Assembly: GCF_009914755.1 (NCBI RefSeq)
Contig: NC_060939.1
DNA from: the human T2T-CHM13v2.0 reference genome, Homo sapiens
DNA length: 64,000 nt
Direction: 5' to 3' (one strand)
The stretch's first letter is position 1. Each line of letters starts with the position of its first letter. The translations under genes were made by a program, and so were the position numbers. Positions 1 through 14,499 of this stretch are shown here, piece by piece. Under the pieces are notes generated by a model that saw only the letters and a list, made by a program, of their open reading frames with translations, did not search any database and had not been told where the DNA came from.

Positions 1-90
1 CAAGATCGGGCCACTGCACTCCAGCCTGGTGGCAGAGCGAGACTCCATCTCAAATAAATAAAATAAAATAAAATAAAAATAAAAGAAAGC
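1..90 (+). mobile_element. Alu 3' end with (TAAA)n tail
   Basis: CCACTGCACTCCAGCCTGG...GAGACTCCATCTC followed by an A-rich tail. Confidence 0.9.
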
Positions 91-1595
91 CTTAAAACAT
101 AAATACCTTTGACCCATGAACTTCTCATCTAGGATTTTTTTCTTAAAAAATAATAATTTGTGTACAAAACTTAAGCATAAAAATGTTCAGTGCAACCCAA
201 ATATCTTACAATAGGAGTTGGCTACATAAACTTGATTCCTCTTATCTGATGATTCCAACTTGATTCCAACAAAGAGGGCACCAATAGCAGCCAAAAAAAA
301 AAGGAGCAAAGATTACAGAAAGGTAGTTCACAAGACATTAGAAAGGAAGATTTTTTAAAAAGACTAAAAATTAGTATGTACAAATTATCTTTAGGTGGTG
401 AAATTATTGGAAATTTTCTTTCCTTTAGGTTTTTTGGCTTTTCCCAAGCTTTTTCTTTGAACATGTATTCCTTTTGTATTGAGGGGAAAGTGCTACTTTG
501 ATTAAAGGCAGGCTTTTGAGCAGGAGTGGCAGGATCAAAGCTGAACTTTAGGATTAATTCGACTGTGGCATTTAGCCTAGACCAGAGGGGAAGAAGAGAA
601 GGACGGGAAGGGCAGCGAGAGCCCTGTCACAACGATCTAAGCCAAAGGCTCATGAGGACCTAAACACAGGTGTTGGTAAGAGGAAAAGAAGGACCACCCT
701 ATGTGTGCAAGGGGCTGGCATCCCTGGGCATATGGCAGGCTAATAAACATTTATTGAAATATTTTGACTTGTAGGGCTTCCTAAGGCCCCAGCTAGGGTG
801 GATGAAAAATGGGGTCGGTTAAAGGAATCAACTGCCAACAAAGTCCCAGGCAGTCAGGTTAGTGGTGAGGTTGGCACGCTCTAGGTGGAGACAACAAAGG
901 GCAAATTCTATCCAGTGCAGCTGGCATGGAGTTGGCACCTGCCACAAAATGCCAGGTGGAAGGTGGACTCAGCTCCTTCCATTCTTCTGTCTTTGTTTTT
1001 GCATTTATTCTAGCTTCTTTTCTCTTTCCATTTCTCATTATTGTTGTCCATTTTTAGGACTTTTACAAATACGTTATTCTTTTTCATTTCTTCCCTTCTT
1101 ACAAAATGTGAAAGAGTATAATCTGTGTGAGAGCATATGAAGAGATTCCTATAGGAGATTACTGCCGTGTTCTGTGCCTCTTTTAGTGTGCAAGAATAAA
1201 AATTTCTTATTACTTAAAAGTTCAAGTCCAAACTCCTTAGCCAAGCATTCCAAGCCCTTCACAATGTGGTCCCAACATATCTCTCCAATCTTATCTCCCA
1301 CTAGCCCATAAATAAACTGCTTCACTTGTACTATGGCCTCCAAACAGACCATACTCATATCTACCTCTGACAGCCCCTGCCCCTTCCCTAATCTCTTTGT
1401 GTCTCCATTGTACCCATTCTTCAAACAAAACCCAGCAGCCACTCCTCCACAAAATTCTTCCCAAGCATTTCAGAACATAGGGGATGTTTGCACTTGCAAC
1501 ACTAGTTGAATATCTAGTTAATACTAAGTTTTATGGAACTCCAGGCTTTATGTACATCATCTCCTGCTATTCCTGTAACTACCCAATTCCATATT

Positions 1596-1730
1596 ATCAG
1601 CCCCCTGTTACAGATAAGTAGGAAGATGATAGGCAAAGTTAAGTAACTTGGCCAGTGTCACCTACTTAATTAAGTGGCAAAGTTGGCATTTAAACCTAGA
1701 CAGTTTGACTCTAGAACCTAGTTCTTAACT
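1596..1730. mobile_element. MIR fragment
   Basis: MIR core-like AAGTTAAGTAACTTGGCCAGTGTCAC...AAGTGGCAAAGTTGGCATTTAAACC. Confidence 0.65.
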
Positions 1731-1819
1731 TCTGGCTGGTGGTACTGGTCTGAAGATTTTCAAATTTTTTTTCCAAGTAAGTGAATATTGTGCTTTCTTC
1801 AAATGAAAACATAATGAAA

Positions 1820-2109
<290 letters not shown>

Positions 2110-2282
2110 TATATGTGTATATATATAACTGTTTTAGACTTATTCTAGTTGGTGATAGCCAAGGGGAAAAGATATGCTAAACTCTAGCACTAAAGTACCC
2201 TGGAATCTAGCACGTGACAAGCTTCTTGAGCCTTCTCTGTCAAACTCTGTCTTGCATTTAAAAACCATTTATATCTCTATTT

Positions 2283-2580
2283 TTATTTTGTGTTTGTTTG
2301 AGACAGGATCTCACTTTTTCTCCCAGGCCGGAGTGCAGTGGCGCAATCTCAGCTCAATGCAGCTTTGACCCCCCCAGGCTCATGCAGTCCTCCCGCCTCA
2401 GCCCTCCAAGTAGCTGGAACTACAGACTTGTGCCACCATACCCGGCTAATTTTTGTATTTTTAGTAGAGACAGTATTTCACTATGTTGGACAGGCTGGTC
2501 TCGAACTCCTCAGCTCAAGCGACCCGCTTGCCTTGGCCTCCCAAAGTGCTGGGATTACAGGCCTGTGCCACCACGCCCAG
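2283..2580 (-). mobile_element. Alu, full length, antisense
   Basis: Reverse-complement Alu consensus. Confidence 0.93.
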
Positions 2581-2647
2581 TGTGAGACACAGTGCCTGGC
2601 CATTAGAACATGATACATGCTTTAGAACATTATTTTAAGACATACAT

Positions 2648-2958
2648 GGCCGCGTGTGGTGGCTCATGCCTGTAATCCCAGCACTTTGGGAGGCCAAGGT
2701 GGGTGGGTCACCTGAGGTCAGGAGTTCAAGACCAGCCTGGCCAACATGGCGAAACCCCACCTCTACTAAAAATACAAAAATTAGCCGTGTATGGTGGCAG
2801 GCACCTGTAATCCCAGCTACTCAGGAGGCTGAGGTAGGAGAATCCCTTGAACTCAGGAGGCAGAGGATGCAGTGAGCCGAGATCGCGCCATTGCACTCCA
2901 GCCTGGGCTACAAAGGGAGACTCCATCTCAAAAAAAAAAAAAAGAAAAAGAAAAGAAA
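2648..2958 (+). mobile_element. AluS, full length
   Basis: Alu consensus; TSD-like A(G/A)ATACAT flanks. Confidence 0.93.
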
Positions 2959-3540
2959 TACATGACCCATGTTTAGTGCCCTCCCTGGCAGGCCGCATGT
3001 GTTGGCCAGGCTGGCCCAGCCTGCGGGGGCCTGTTCTTCTCACTCCCAGGAGAGGAGTGGCAGGGTTCTGAAGGGATCGAAAAAGGGGCCTGAACTCAGG
3101 GGTGGGGGCAGCAACTCTCAGTGAGGACCTGAGAGTCAGGGGAGAAGCTGGACAAGGGAGAGGTCTAGGGTCTGAGAGGGGTCCTCCCACAGCTTCAGAG
3201 TTGGCCATAGAAATAGCCTCCCAAGCACCCAAGGACACCTGGTGGCAGGGGCCAAGCTCTTTTTGGGGCTCCTCAGACTTCCCAAGGCCATTTCAGCCCC
3301 CCAGGTTTTAAAGAAAAGGCTGTTCACAGCTTCAGAAAAGAAAACGAATGGCTGTAGGATTTGTGCCCCAAGGTCCAAATGCAGATGGAGAAGTAAGAAG
3401 AAGGAGCCGTATTGCACAATGAACTACCAATCATCAATCCAGGCTCTCCTGTCGCTTCCCTACATCCTCTACCCTCTCCAAACTTCTCCCCTCTCTTGAC
3501 TTAGCACCTCCGAAAAGGTAAGTCGATTCCCAGTACTCAC

Positions 3541-3550
3541 CCTGATCCAT
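3541..3550 (-). CDS. TGM7: Transglutaminase 7, first coding exon (ATG GAT CAG G = M-D-Q-); the gene continues leftward out of the window
   Basis: The minus strand reads ATGGATCAGG|GTGAGT: a start codon followed by a consensus donor. It matches the remembered TGM7 N-terminus MDQV, the tiny first coding exon typical of transglutaminase genes, and the known gene order next to LCMT2. Too short for the ORF track. Confidence 0.8.
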
Positions 3551-3720
3551 CTCCCTCCTTCTCCTGTCGGTCAAGGCCCTTCAACTAGTCACCAGTACGA
3601 TTCGAGACCTAATTGCCTCTTGAGCATTTACAGTCACCCTACTAGAACCTTCCCTTCCATCCCTGAGTCGGGCGGGGCTGCCACTTCCTCCTCCTCCCAC
3701 TCCTCCTCTTAAATTTCCCG
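3551..3720 (-). promoter_or_regulatory. TGM7: Putative TGM7 5' UTR and proximal promoter
   Basis: GC box GGGCGGGG at 3670-3677, a pyrimidine/purine tract at 3684-3710 and an AT-rich TTAAATTT near 3710, all immediately upstream of the TGM7 ATG on the minus strand. Confidence 0.45.
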
Positions 3721-4187
3721 TTGTTCCAGGTACATCTTGGCTTAAGGAAGGGAGCTTCTGACTTAAGCCTTGTAAAAATGTGCTGAGGGATTTGTTTCTG
3801 TGGCCTCCTTTTTGAGCTGAGAAGACTCACAAGTGATGTGAATGGCAAAGCTTGGCTTGAAGCTGTTCCCTTGTGCCTCTGTCACTTCAAGGCCTGGGAC
3901 CCGATTCGATCTAAGCCAGTTCGGTCTGGCTTCCCCTGACCATATGGGTGTTGGGTAAGAAAGAGCTATGAGGAAGGTCATAGAAAGAGTCATGAAGAAA
4001 GATTTGCACAGCCCATCAGGACCCAGGGAGCTTTGCATCTTGAAGAAAAATAAAGCACACTGAAATACTGAATTATTAATGCTGCTGATTAAAAATGAAG
4101 TTGACAAAGTTTCCAGTGACAAGGAAAAATGCCCATAATGTGATATTAACTGGAAGGAAAAAGTAGAATAGGAAAACAGTGCAGTTG

Positions 4188-4592
4188 TTCTCACTCATAT
4201 GTGGGACCTGAAGAAGTTGAGATCAGAGAAGCAGAGAGCAGAGTCGTGGTGCTTAGAGGCTGGGAAGGGTGGGTGGGAGCAGGGATAGAGGTTGGTTAAG
4301 GGATACAAAATTACAGCTAGATAGGAAAACTAGGTTCTAGTGTTCTATAACACTGCAGCGTGACTATATTTAATACGAATTTATTGCATATTTTCGAATA
4401 ACTGGAAGAGAGGTTTTTGAGTGTTCCCAACACAAAGAAATGATCAATGTTTGAGATGATGGATATTCTGATTACCCTGATTTGATCATTATACATTGTA
4501 TACATGTATCAAAATACATCAGAATGTCACTCTGTACCTCATAAATATGTACACTATTACATGTTAATTAAAAATAAAATAATTTTTTAAAA
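4188..4592 (+). mobile_element. L1 (L1MA-like) 3' end fragment
   Basis: TTCTCACTCATATGTGGG...GGATACAAAATTACAGCTAGATAGG...TACCCTGATTTGATCATTATACATTG followed by an A-rich tail. Confidence 0.85.
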
Positions 4593-5358
4593 AACAGTGT
4601 AGTTTAACAGTGTAAAAAATATTATTTATGCAGATAGACCCATTTTTAAAAGATAGAAGAAAATATAACAAACTGTGGCTAAGAGCAGTGAGATTGTGAA
4701 TGTGCTTTCTTTTTTATATTTTACTGAATTTTTTAAAAATTCCACAGTGGGAGTGTAAGATGTTTTTAATTAGGGAGAAAAAAACACTTTTTTTTAAAGA
4801 GAAAGAAAGAAAAAGAATAGGAAGATCATGGCAGGAGATCCAGACATGTGTGTATGTGTTTCCCAGATTCAAAGTTTAAGGAGAGAAGTGTCCATTCAGC
4901 ACTCCTGGAGGAGGAACTTAGTTTGGTCAAAGAATAAGTGCTGCAGACAGAAAAACTTTAAAGCTATTTACATGTTTACTAATTATTGTCAAACATATAG
5001 AAGACCTTCGTAATTCCCTGAGTTAATCTGTGTGATTCATTCGTCACAAATTCCTGCACCTATTGTAACCAAAGCTTTCAGTCACATCCTCTGCCTCTTT
5101 TAATACGTTGAGTGTATTCACAAAATGATGGTCAGGCGAACACATTGAACTCACTCATTACCCGGTGTTCAGTGGGCACCCTATGGGCTTTATTTTGTTA
5201 AAATTGCTGTACCTTGGCTCAGAAAAATACCTGATTACTGGTGCCAAGAATCTTTTGTAATAGAAATATATGCTCTTTTGAGGAAGGCAGATGTTTTTAA
5301 AATAACTTTTTTTTTAAATTTAGAGTTCTAATTCATAAATTAAAGATATTTTGAATTG

Positions 5359-5655
5359 GTTTTGTTTTTGTTTTTGTTTTTGAAACAGAGTCTTGCTCTG
5401 TCACCCAGGCTGGAGTGCAGTGGTACGATCTCTGCTCACTGTACCTCCACCTCCCAGGTTCAACTGACTCTCCTGCCTCAGCCTCTCGAGTAGCTGGGAC
5501 CACAGGCATGCGCCACCACACCCAGCTAATTTTTCTATTTTTAGTAGAGACGGGGTTTCACCATGTTGACCAGGCTGGTCTTGAACTCCTGACCTCAAGT
5601 GATCTGTCCACCTCAGCTTCCCAAAGTGCTGGGGTTACAGGCGTGAGCCACCGCC
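5359..5655 (-). mobile_element. AluS, antisense
   Basis: Reverse-complement Alu with (TTTTTG)n tail. Confidence 0.93.
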
Positions 5656-6193
5656 ACTGAAAACAGAATTTTTTTTAATGGTAGAGAAGGGTATACATTT
5701 TGGTAAATTTCATTCCTGTTTTTTGTCTGTGCACAAGTGGGTTTTTTCCCTAGCTGCAGTCATACTGTAACTTGAAGACAGGATTTTTTTTAAGTGAGAA
5801 TTTCCATATAAAACAATTTGCCATCCCACTTAAAAATATAGCTTTATTGATGTAATGAATTTTGCCTTATGAAAATAAGCTTTCACATCTCATATATTAT
5901 TTATTTATTTCAACCCTTCAGTTTTTATTTGAGGGCTTAGATGGGAAGAGATTTCTCCATGTCAAAAATAAAAGTAACTGCAATATTATTATCCAGGTTA
6001 ACTGGAGAAATTGCATTTGGTCAATCCTAAGGGCCTCATTATTGGGCTGAGTATCTGAATTTCCACTTCTACTTTCATTCCTTCCTTTCTTCATTCAGTT
6101 TACAAGTCTTGAATGACTGTAATGTCAAAGGCACCATATTAAAAGTTTTAAGGCACACAAAGTATGAGCTGATCTTTAACCCCAAGGAGCTTA

Positions 6194-6590
<397 letters not shown>

Positions 6591-7599
6591 CTACAAAAGA
6601 AACTGCCCTGAGTTCAAAATGACAGAGGAGTTCTAGGGAGGAGCTCCAGAAAGGCATTGTGATCTGTGATGTGCCAGTGGAGAATGAAAAGGATTTTAGA
6701 GAAGAGAGATTGAGTGAGAAAGGCATTCCAGGGCAAAGGCACACAGGAGCAAAGTGGGGAAAATGGGGACGGCTAGGACCTCATCTGAAACTGGAACAGG
6801 ACTGCCTGCAGCAACTCAATTTATAAAGCAAAAACTCATTTTATAAAGCAATTGTTTTCTGTAGGGAGAAAAAGCGTCAGAGGCTTGAGAGATTCAGACA
6901 TGCAATATCATTGCTGTTTTTCCTACACTGCTTTCAGATATTAGAGTTTTATGGTTATGAGTAATTTGTTTTAAAACCTAAACATCACTGATCAAATTGA
7001 TTTTTATTACCCCTAGCATTTTCGCACCACCACCCTCCTTTGGTGTCTTACACATTACTGTCATCCCTATCTGGCATTCTAGCTAATCAGCTCTATTGGG
7101 CAACTAATTTTTAAATTAAGTTATGATCAATTGATTAAGTTATAATCAGTACCCCTCATGACATTATAAATCATGTTTTTAATTGATCACATTATATGCC
7201 ATTTGCTGTAAATTTTCCCTATAAGAAAAATGCCTGATATAGACAAGTTTTAAATTTAGTTTCCAGAACAAAAAGGGTCTTGTACTATAGAATCATCTCT
7301 GTGTTGATAACAGACCAAGCTCTGCTGGGTTCATGAATCCCCCAGATTTGCTGTTCAGCAACAGGACAGTATGTTCTGAGGATCTTTAACTCTAAAATAA
7401 ATATAAACATGCTATAATCCTTTCCTGGTTCCACACCCTCATGTGTGTCTACTGGCTTCTCCACTTGAAGATCCAGCAGTCACTTTAAATTCAATACATT
7501 CACTCCACCTACCTATCCCCAGTTTATTTTATGTTTTACTCATTCTCGTAAATATTACAAAACTGCATTAGCTGTTTAGAACCTCTATTTGAAGGTTGT

Positions 7600-7810
7600 G
7601 TGGCCAAATGGACAGAGCACAGGTTTCTGAGTTAGAGAACCTGGTTGAATATTCCTCTGACCTTCTGAGCTTTAGTGCTTTAATTTGACCACAAGCAAGT
7701 TATTCTCACTGAGTCTCAATTTCCTCTCACGTAAAATGGGGCTAATAGCAAAGCTTACTTCACAGGCTTGCATTTGAGAATCCAACAGATATTTGTGAGA
7801 GCACGTAGAA
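7600..7810. mobile_element. MIR
   Basis: TGACCACAAGCAAGTTATTCTCACTGAGTCTCAATTTCCTCTCACGTAAAATGGGGCTAATA. Confidence 0.7.
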
Positions 7811-7912
7811 GCCTTAAAGTGGTAAAAAGCCACTTGCATTGGTAATAATGGTAATATATATGATCCTTCAGAATGTGAGATTCATGATGAGCAAAAGAAC
7901 TTATGTCAAGAC

Positions 7913-8285
<373 letters not shown>

Positions 8286-9284
8286 TCATTCTCATTCATT
8301 CTTTTCAGTGCTCTTGGCTTGATTATTCTTAAGGCAGTGAAAACATCATATTTGACTGAAACTGATTGGGTCACACCCCTACTTAAAACGTACCAATAGC
8401 TTGCATTGCTCCGGAGTCCAAAATCTTCACAGAGTCCACAGGTTCTGCCACCTTATTTTACCCTAACCATTTCCCCCAGCCACATCGCCTGCAACTCTCC
8501 CTCTCACTAGCTTGCTGATCTTTTGCTTTCCCAGTTACCAAATTCCCAAATTAACATCTTTTCCCAAGCCATCCCCTTTCCTGGCCATTCCTTCTGCCCC
8601 CTCTTCAAACTCAGCTGAAATGTCACTTCCTCACAGACACTTACCCTAGCTAGCCAAGGTCCCCGTATTTCCTCTCTTGGAGCACTGCAATTCTCCTTCA
8701 CAAAACTCATCAGACTCTAAATAGTCATTTGCATCATTTTTCTTCCCCACTAGATTCCCTGTCTTCTGTGTGTCACTCAGATGATGCCACCTGAACAGGC
8801 GGGGCCACCTACAAAATAAAGCTGACTTTCTAGGCTACCTGAATTACACCACCACTAATTCTTCCCCTATGAAATTAGCTGGAAGTTGAGTCCAGGGTCC
8901 CCTCCCCAGAAGTCCTAGATAATCCCCATGGTAGCTTACTTTCCTCCACAAATCAGTTCTGCTTTCACACCAGCTGGTGCCTGCTTGGAGAACAAAAACT
9001 CAGGAGCACTCTTCAAGGTTAGGTTGACTGGCTCTACCAGGCTAGATGTCCTTGACCTCAAGCCTGGGAGGATTACAGAGGCCTTCAGCTATATAGCCAG
9101 GAGGGTGAGGCAGGAGGGCATAATGAGATCAGCCAAACCCTCCACCTAGGATCAGCTCCTGAGCCCCTGCTGTTGAGCCTTAGGTTCCCATCCAGAAGAC
9201 CCCTTCCTGGTGGTGAGCCACACCCATCTTGCCCTCACCTGCCCGTCTGACCTCAGTTTGGACCATCCCAGGTCATCAAACTTC

Positions 9285-9549
9285 TTTTTTTTTTTTTTTG
9301 GAGAGGGAGTCTCACTCTGTCGCCCAGGAAGCTCCGCCTCCCAGGTTCACGCCATTCTCCTGCCTCAGCCTTCCGAGTAGCTGGGACTACAGGCGCCTGC
9401 CACCACACCCGGCTAATTTTTTTGTATTTGTAGTAGAGACAGGGTTTCACCTTGTTAGCCAGGATGATCTCAATCTCCTGACCTCATAATCCACCCACCT
9501 CGGCCTCCCAAAGTGCTGGGATTACAGGCGTGAGCCACGGCGCCCAGCC
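9285..9549 (-). mobile_element. AluY-like, antisense, internal deletion of about 33 bp, TSD AAACTTCTTT
   Basis: GTCGCCCAGG joins directly to AAGCTCCGCC. Confidence 0.9.
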
Positions 9550-9879
9550 CAAACTTCTTTTAATAACTAAATAAAGTATATCAAAGAAGAGTAGTCATGA
9601 TTGATCCCCCAATCCCTTTTTTTTTCTAGGACATTTCTGCCCCTTGAATATGATGGAGGAAGAGTAATGGAAGAGTTCTGCCCAGCTTCTGTACCCAAAA
9701 CCTGGGGTAGAGGTTAATGCCTAATTCTGCTAACAACAACCCCCCGAGCTTGTCTGGCCAAACATGATCTCATTCTTTCTTTAGATGTGTTTAACCTACC
9801 AATTATGTTATAACCAAACTTTGTTAGTTCTTCAGGCTGCACGTAATCTGATTCCCTCTCCTTCTTTCCATCTCTGTCC

Positions 9880-12330
9880 CACCCTCCAGCTGGCCAGGCC
9901 ACCATCACCTCACCTGGTCTGTGCCTCACATTGCTGCATTTTGGTCCCATATGATTCATACACCACACAACAGCCAGAATGATCTTTTAAAAAAGCAAAG
10001 ATTGTCAGATAAGTCACCTGCTTAAACTCTTCCATGTCTTCTTATTCTCCTTAAAATAAGATCCAGAAGGTACAGTGTGACCCCCAAAGCTCTGCATGAT
10101 CTGGCCCCTGCTTTCCTTTTCCTTATTCTCTCCCTGCCACAGCCATTCATTCATTCAATGTATATCTGCTAAGCCTCTGTGTCAGGTGCTGAGGGTACAG
10201 TAGTAAACAAAACTGGTGGGATGTCTGCCCTCGTGGAACTCACATTTTAGTAGTGGGAGACAATCAATGAACAAGAAAATGGATAAATAGACAAGATATG
10301 CTCAGATGGAGATAACTGCTTTAAAGAAGAAAGAAGCCAGCAAGGGGATGAGAGAGAGAATACTTGGGGTGGCAAGATGCTGCTTTAGATTGGGTGGTCG
10401 AGAAAGGTCTCCCTGGGGTGGTGATATTGATCTGAGGCTAAGTGACAAGAAAAAATAATCTTTTGAAAATGGAGGAAAGGAAAAAGTAAATTCAAAGGCC
10501 CTGAGGCAGGAAGTGGGGGTTGATCTGAAAGAGGAAAAGGGCAGCAGTATGAGTGGAATGAGGTTGGTGTCGGAGGAATGAGAGGAGGGAGAAGCAGAGA
10601 AGAAGGGAAGGGCCAGATGCCACCAGCTTTGTAAATGATGGTTAGGAATTTGGGGTTTCCTCTGAGTTCTTCTAGTTTCTTGGGCACACCTGTTTTCTCC
10701 CAGTCCAAATCCTTCTCATGTGCCTCTCCTTAAGATGTTCTCCCCTGCTTTGTTTTCCTAGCTAACTACTCCTCTTTCTTCAGGGCTCTGGCTGACACGT
10801 CCCTTTCTCCTGGAAGACATCCTTGATAAATGCTCCCATAGTCTGCATGCATTTCATTTATTCATTGCACAAAGATTTAGTTAGTACCTGTCATGTGCCA
10901 GGCATTGTTCCAGGCTCTGCAGATAGAATTAAACAGATTTTTATCAAATTAGAAAGGTATGTTTAGGATGACATTATGAGAAATGTGGTTTACGTGGGAT
11001 ACCCTATCCTACCCTGTGGAATTCTTTCTTGGAGAATTCCTTTGGAGAATATCTCAAAGAGATAGCTGTCCTCTGGAGCAGCAGAGGCACAGGTACAATG
11101 AGAAGCTGTGGGGCTTTGGGCTAAAAGAGATACATCTTATGAGATGCAGTGGGCCCAGAAAGCGGCAACTTCAAATTGGTCCTCATGCTAATGACAGAGG
11201 CTGATGTGGGACCTCACTGCTTATCACAGGGTCAGCACTGTGCATTCTAAAGTTTATTTAGCGACAGAAGTCATTTCCATTAACAGCCCCAGGGAAGACA
11301 CATGCTTATTAGTGAAGAGTGGTTGTCCCCAAGCCCCTTGGCAACTCAAGTAACAAGTGTCTGGGGGCTACTGTTTCCCAGAGGGTAATTCTGCAACCCA
11401 GGGGGTTTCTGGAGTGACTTCTTTCAGAATGTGCTCCTAGGAGTTTAAAGACAAAGACAGTCTTTCATGTATTCATTCAACAAACATTTTGGTTGAGTGT
11501 TAATGAGTGTGGCACTCAGCTAGGTTGCTCGAGTGCAGCAGTAAATAACAGACATGATTCCTGCACTCGTAGAGTTTACATTCCACCAACGGAGGAAGAC
11601 ACCTCACAATTAATTATGAAGCTCCAACTCAGCAAGGACAGAATGTTCTGAAGCCACATCTCCAGGGGGCCAGGTTAGTCTAGGGAGGGATGGTAAGCAA
11701 TGATTTTTGACTTTGTTTTGAAAGATGCCTGGAAATTCTAAGAAGGGGATGATGCTGGGTGACAAGGAGCTTCCTTTGCAGAGGGAAATCTGTACTAATT
11801 CTCCAATGGGGAGAGAAACGAGCATGGTTCCCTTAACACTTCTGAGAGAAGGTCAGGGGACCAAAGTGCCTTGTGCAAAGGGGAGCATAGTATGAGATGA
11901 AGACATGCCCAAGGTTTCATTTTGGGGTTTTTCCCCTAAGGGTAATGGAAGCCATTAGGGATGTTAAGGTAGGGTTGTGAAATGTCATATCTGTGTTTTA
12001 AAAGATCATTCAGACTTTAGTATGTAGAAGGGCTGGGGAGGGAGGCAAGGTGGATGGGGAGAGACTCATTGAGAGATTCCTGCAGTAATCCAGGTGAGAA
12101 ATGATGGAGACCTGGACCAGGGCAGCGGCATTCGAGATGTTCTCAGTGGAGGATTCTGGAGAAACAGAAGGTGAAATCAACAGGCTGTGGTGATTAATTG
12201 GATAGACAGAGTGAGGGAGAAGTTGATATCATGAGTCCTAAGGTTCCTGGCTCCATGCTCTGGGTGATGCTTTTCTCTCAAATAGGAAGCACTAAAATAG
12301 GAGTTTTGGGGAGTGGGGAGTCAGATTATG
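9880..12330. mobile_element. Cluster of L2 fragments in both orientations
   Basis: L2 hallmarks CACACAACAGCCAGAATGATCTTTTAAAA, CATTCATTCATTCAA, ATTCATTCAACAAACATTT and GTGTTTTAAAAGATCATTC. Confidence 0.65.
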
Positions 12331-12384
12331 GGTTGAGTTTAAAATATGTGGTTGATTTTGAGAAGCCTGTATCTATTCCTTTTT

Positions 12385-12672
12385 AAGAGAAAGTCTCTTT
12401 CTCTCTGTCACCCAGGCTGGAGTGCAGTGGCAAGATCATGGCTCACTGCAAACCTCAAACTTCTGAGCTCAAGGAACCCTCCCACCTCAGCCTCCTGAGT
12501 AACTGAGACAACAAGTGCACACCATCACACCTGGCTAATTTTTTTTTTTTTTCTGTAGAGACAGGATCTCAGTATGTTGGCCAGGCTGGTCTGAAACTCC
12601 TGACCTCAAGTGAACCTCCCGCCTCAGCCTCCCAAAGTGCTGGGATTACAGACATGAGCCACAGCACCTGGA
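12385..12672 (-). mobile_element. AluJ, antisense
   Basis: Reverse-complement Alu with J diagnostics. Confidence 0.9.
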
Positions 12673-13259
12673 CTTGCAACTCTTCTTGATTGTGATGGTG
12701 GTATATACACAAAGGTACATGTTTGTCAATACCAGCAGAATTATGCACTATTTTTAGTGGATTTTACCTGTATGCAAATTATTCCTTAAGTAAAAGAAAA
12801 ATAAAAATTTTAAAAACCTGTGTGGGCCAAATAAAACATGCCTATGGGCCAGGTCAGCACACAAACATCTAGCTCTATGGCCTCAGGAATAATTGAGAGA
12901 ATAGGGCTTTTGAAAAGATGGGGAGGTATGGGACCCAAATCACAAGTGGAGAGATTTGACTCCCATGGAGGAGGGATAAGATCTCTATGGCAATAGAGGA
13001 GAGGCAGTACGTGGGTGAAGGAAGGCAGGAAAGTTTGTGGCAGGAACTTGAGAGATTTCTAATCTGATAACTTCTATTTTACCAGTGAAGCAGAAGACCA
13101 GGTCATCTGTTGACTATGGGATGGGAATGGAAAGTCAAATATTTGAGACTGATGAAGTTTTGGTATAGTCACAGAGGAGAATATGAGAATGAATTGGCCA
13201 GGAAAAGCTAGGCAATATTTCTAGCCTTGCCAAGATTGGTGATTATGCTTATTTTGTAG

Positions 13260-13975
13260 GATAGAGTTTGGCTACATGTAACAGAAAATAAAAACAAACT
13301 AAAAGTGGCTTAAATTAGATCAGTTTATTTCTCTTTCACAGAAAGGAATTATGGAGTTAAGGCTGGCATATGATTACATTAAATCTACTACTTTTTTGTT
13401 TCAGCATCTTGGCTCATGGCTTCCATCCTCAAGGTTAGGTCATGGCTCAAGATGGTAACAGGAGCTGCATCAGAAGGTAGAAAAGTGGGGGTCTTCTGCT
13501 GAGTTGACTCTATCTTTCTTTTTCATTTTTTATTTTTTTTTTGAGATGGAGTTTTGCTCTTGTCACCTTGGCTGGAGTGCAATGGCACGATCTTGGCTAA
13601 CTGCAACATCAGCCTCCCTGGTTCAAGCGGTTTTCCTGCCTCAGCCTCCCAGGTAGCTGGGATTACAGGTTCCTGCCACCACACTCAGCCAATTTTTGTG
13701 TTTTTAGTAGAGTCAGGGTTTCACCATGTTGGCCAGGCTGGTCTTGAACGCCTGGCCTCAGGTGATCCGCCCACCTCAGCTGGAATTATAGGTGTGAGCC
13801 ACCATGCCCGGCTGAGTTGACTCTATCTTTAACCTTTCCAGCAGCAGCCCTTAACGTTCTTCCTCACTTGCTAGGACTTAGTCACATGACCACATCTGCA
13901 GACAAGGACAGCTGGGAAATGCAATCTTTCATCCCTGGTAGCAGTGTGTCCAACTAGACATGAGTCCTATTATTA
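13260..13975. mobile_element. MLT1-type (ERVL-MaLR) LTR relic interrupted by an antisense AluS (13525-13812, TSD CTGAGTTGACTCTATCTTT)
   Basis: GGCTACATGTAACAGAAAA...AGTGGCTTAAA...TTTATTTCTCT and GGACTTAGTCACATGACCACATCT...GCTGGGAAATGCAATC. Confidence 0.65.
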
Positions 13976-14499
13976 AGGATATAATATTGAAATACAGAGC
14001 TGGTAATCTCTGCTACAGTGATCTGCCCTGTCCTGTGCTTTTTGTTCTTTAGTGGGGCTCATCTCAGAATATGACTATGGAGAAACCTGGGAGCTGATTT
14101 CCCTAGGGGCTGGGGTTTTCTCAGATGAATAGTATAAAAATGCCAATGGGCCGGAGTCTAGAACTGTCATGGGAAAGTAACTGAAATTATGGACCATGGA
14201 TTCTGAACTGGATTTGGAAAAAGGGAGGACAGGAGGATGCTGGTAGATGGAGAGAAAGAAGCACATACTGATGCGGTGGAAGAAAAATATCTGTGGAAGA
14301 ATTTGGGTGAGCAAGCTTGTGCAATTGGAGATGGTGAAGAGGAAGAAGTTAGGCTGTGAGGAGATGAGACAATGACTCCGTGAAGCTCAACTGAAGATCA
14401 GGGAGTGACACGAATCCACCAAACTTCTTTCCTGTTTCTCTCTCCTCTCCACTTATTTTCAAATTCTATGAGTCTGCATCTGTAGGATTTCAAACTTAG

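Noticed and set aside
3763-4194. 143-aa minus-strand ORF upstream of TGM7
   Set aside because: No transglutaminase similarity or recognisable domain, non-ATG start, begins in an L1 relic
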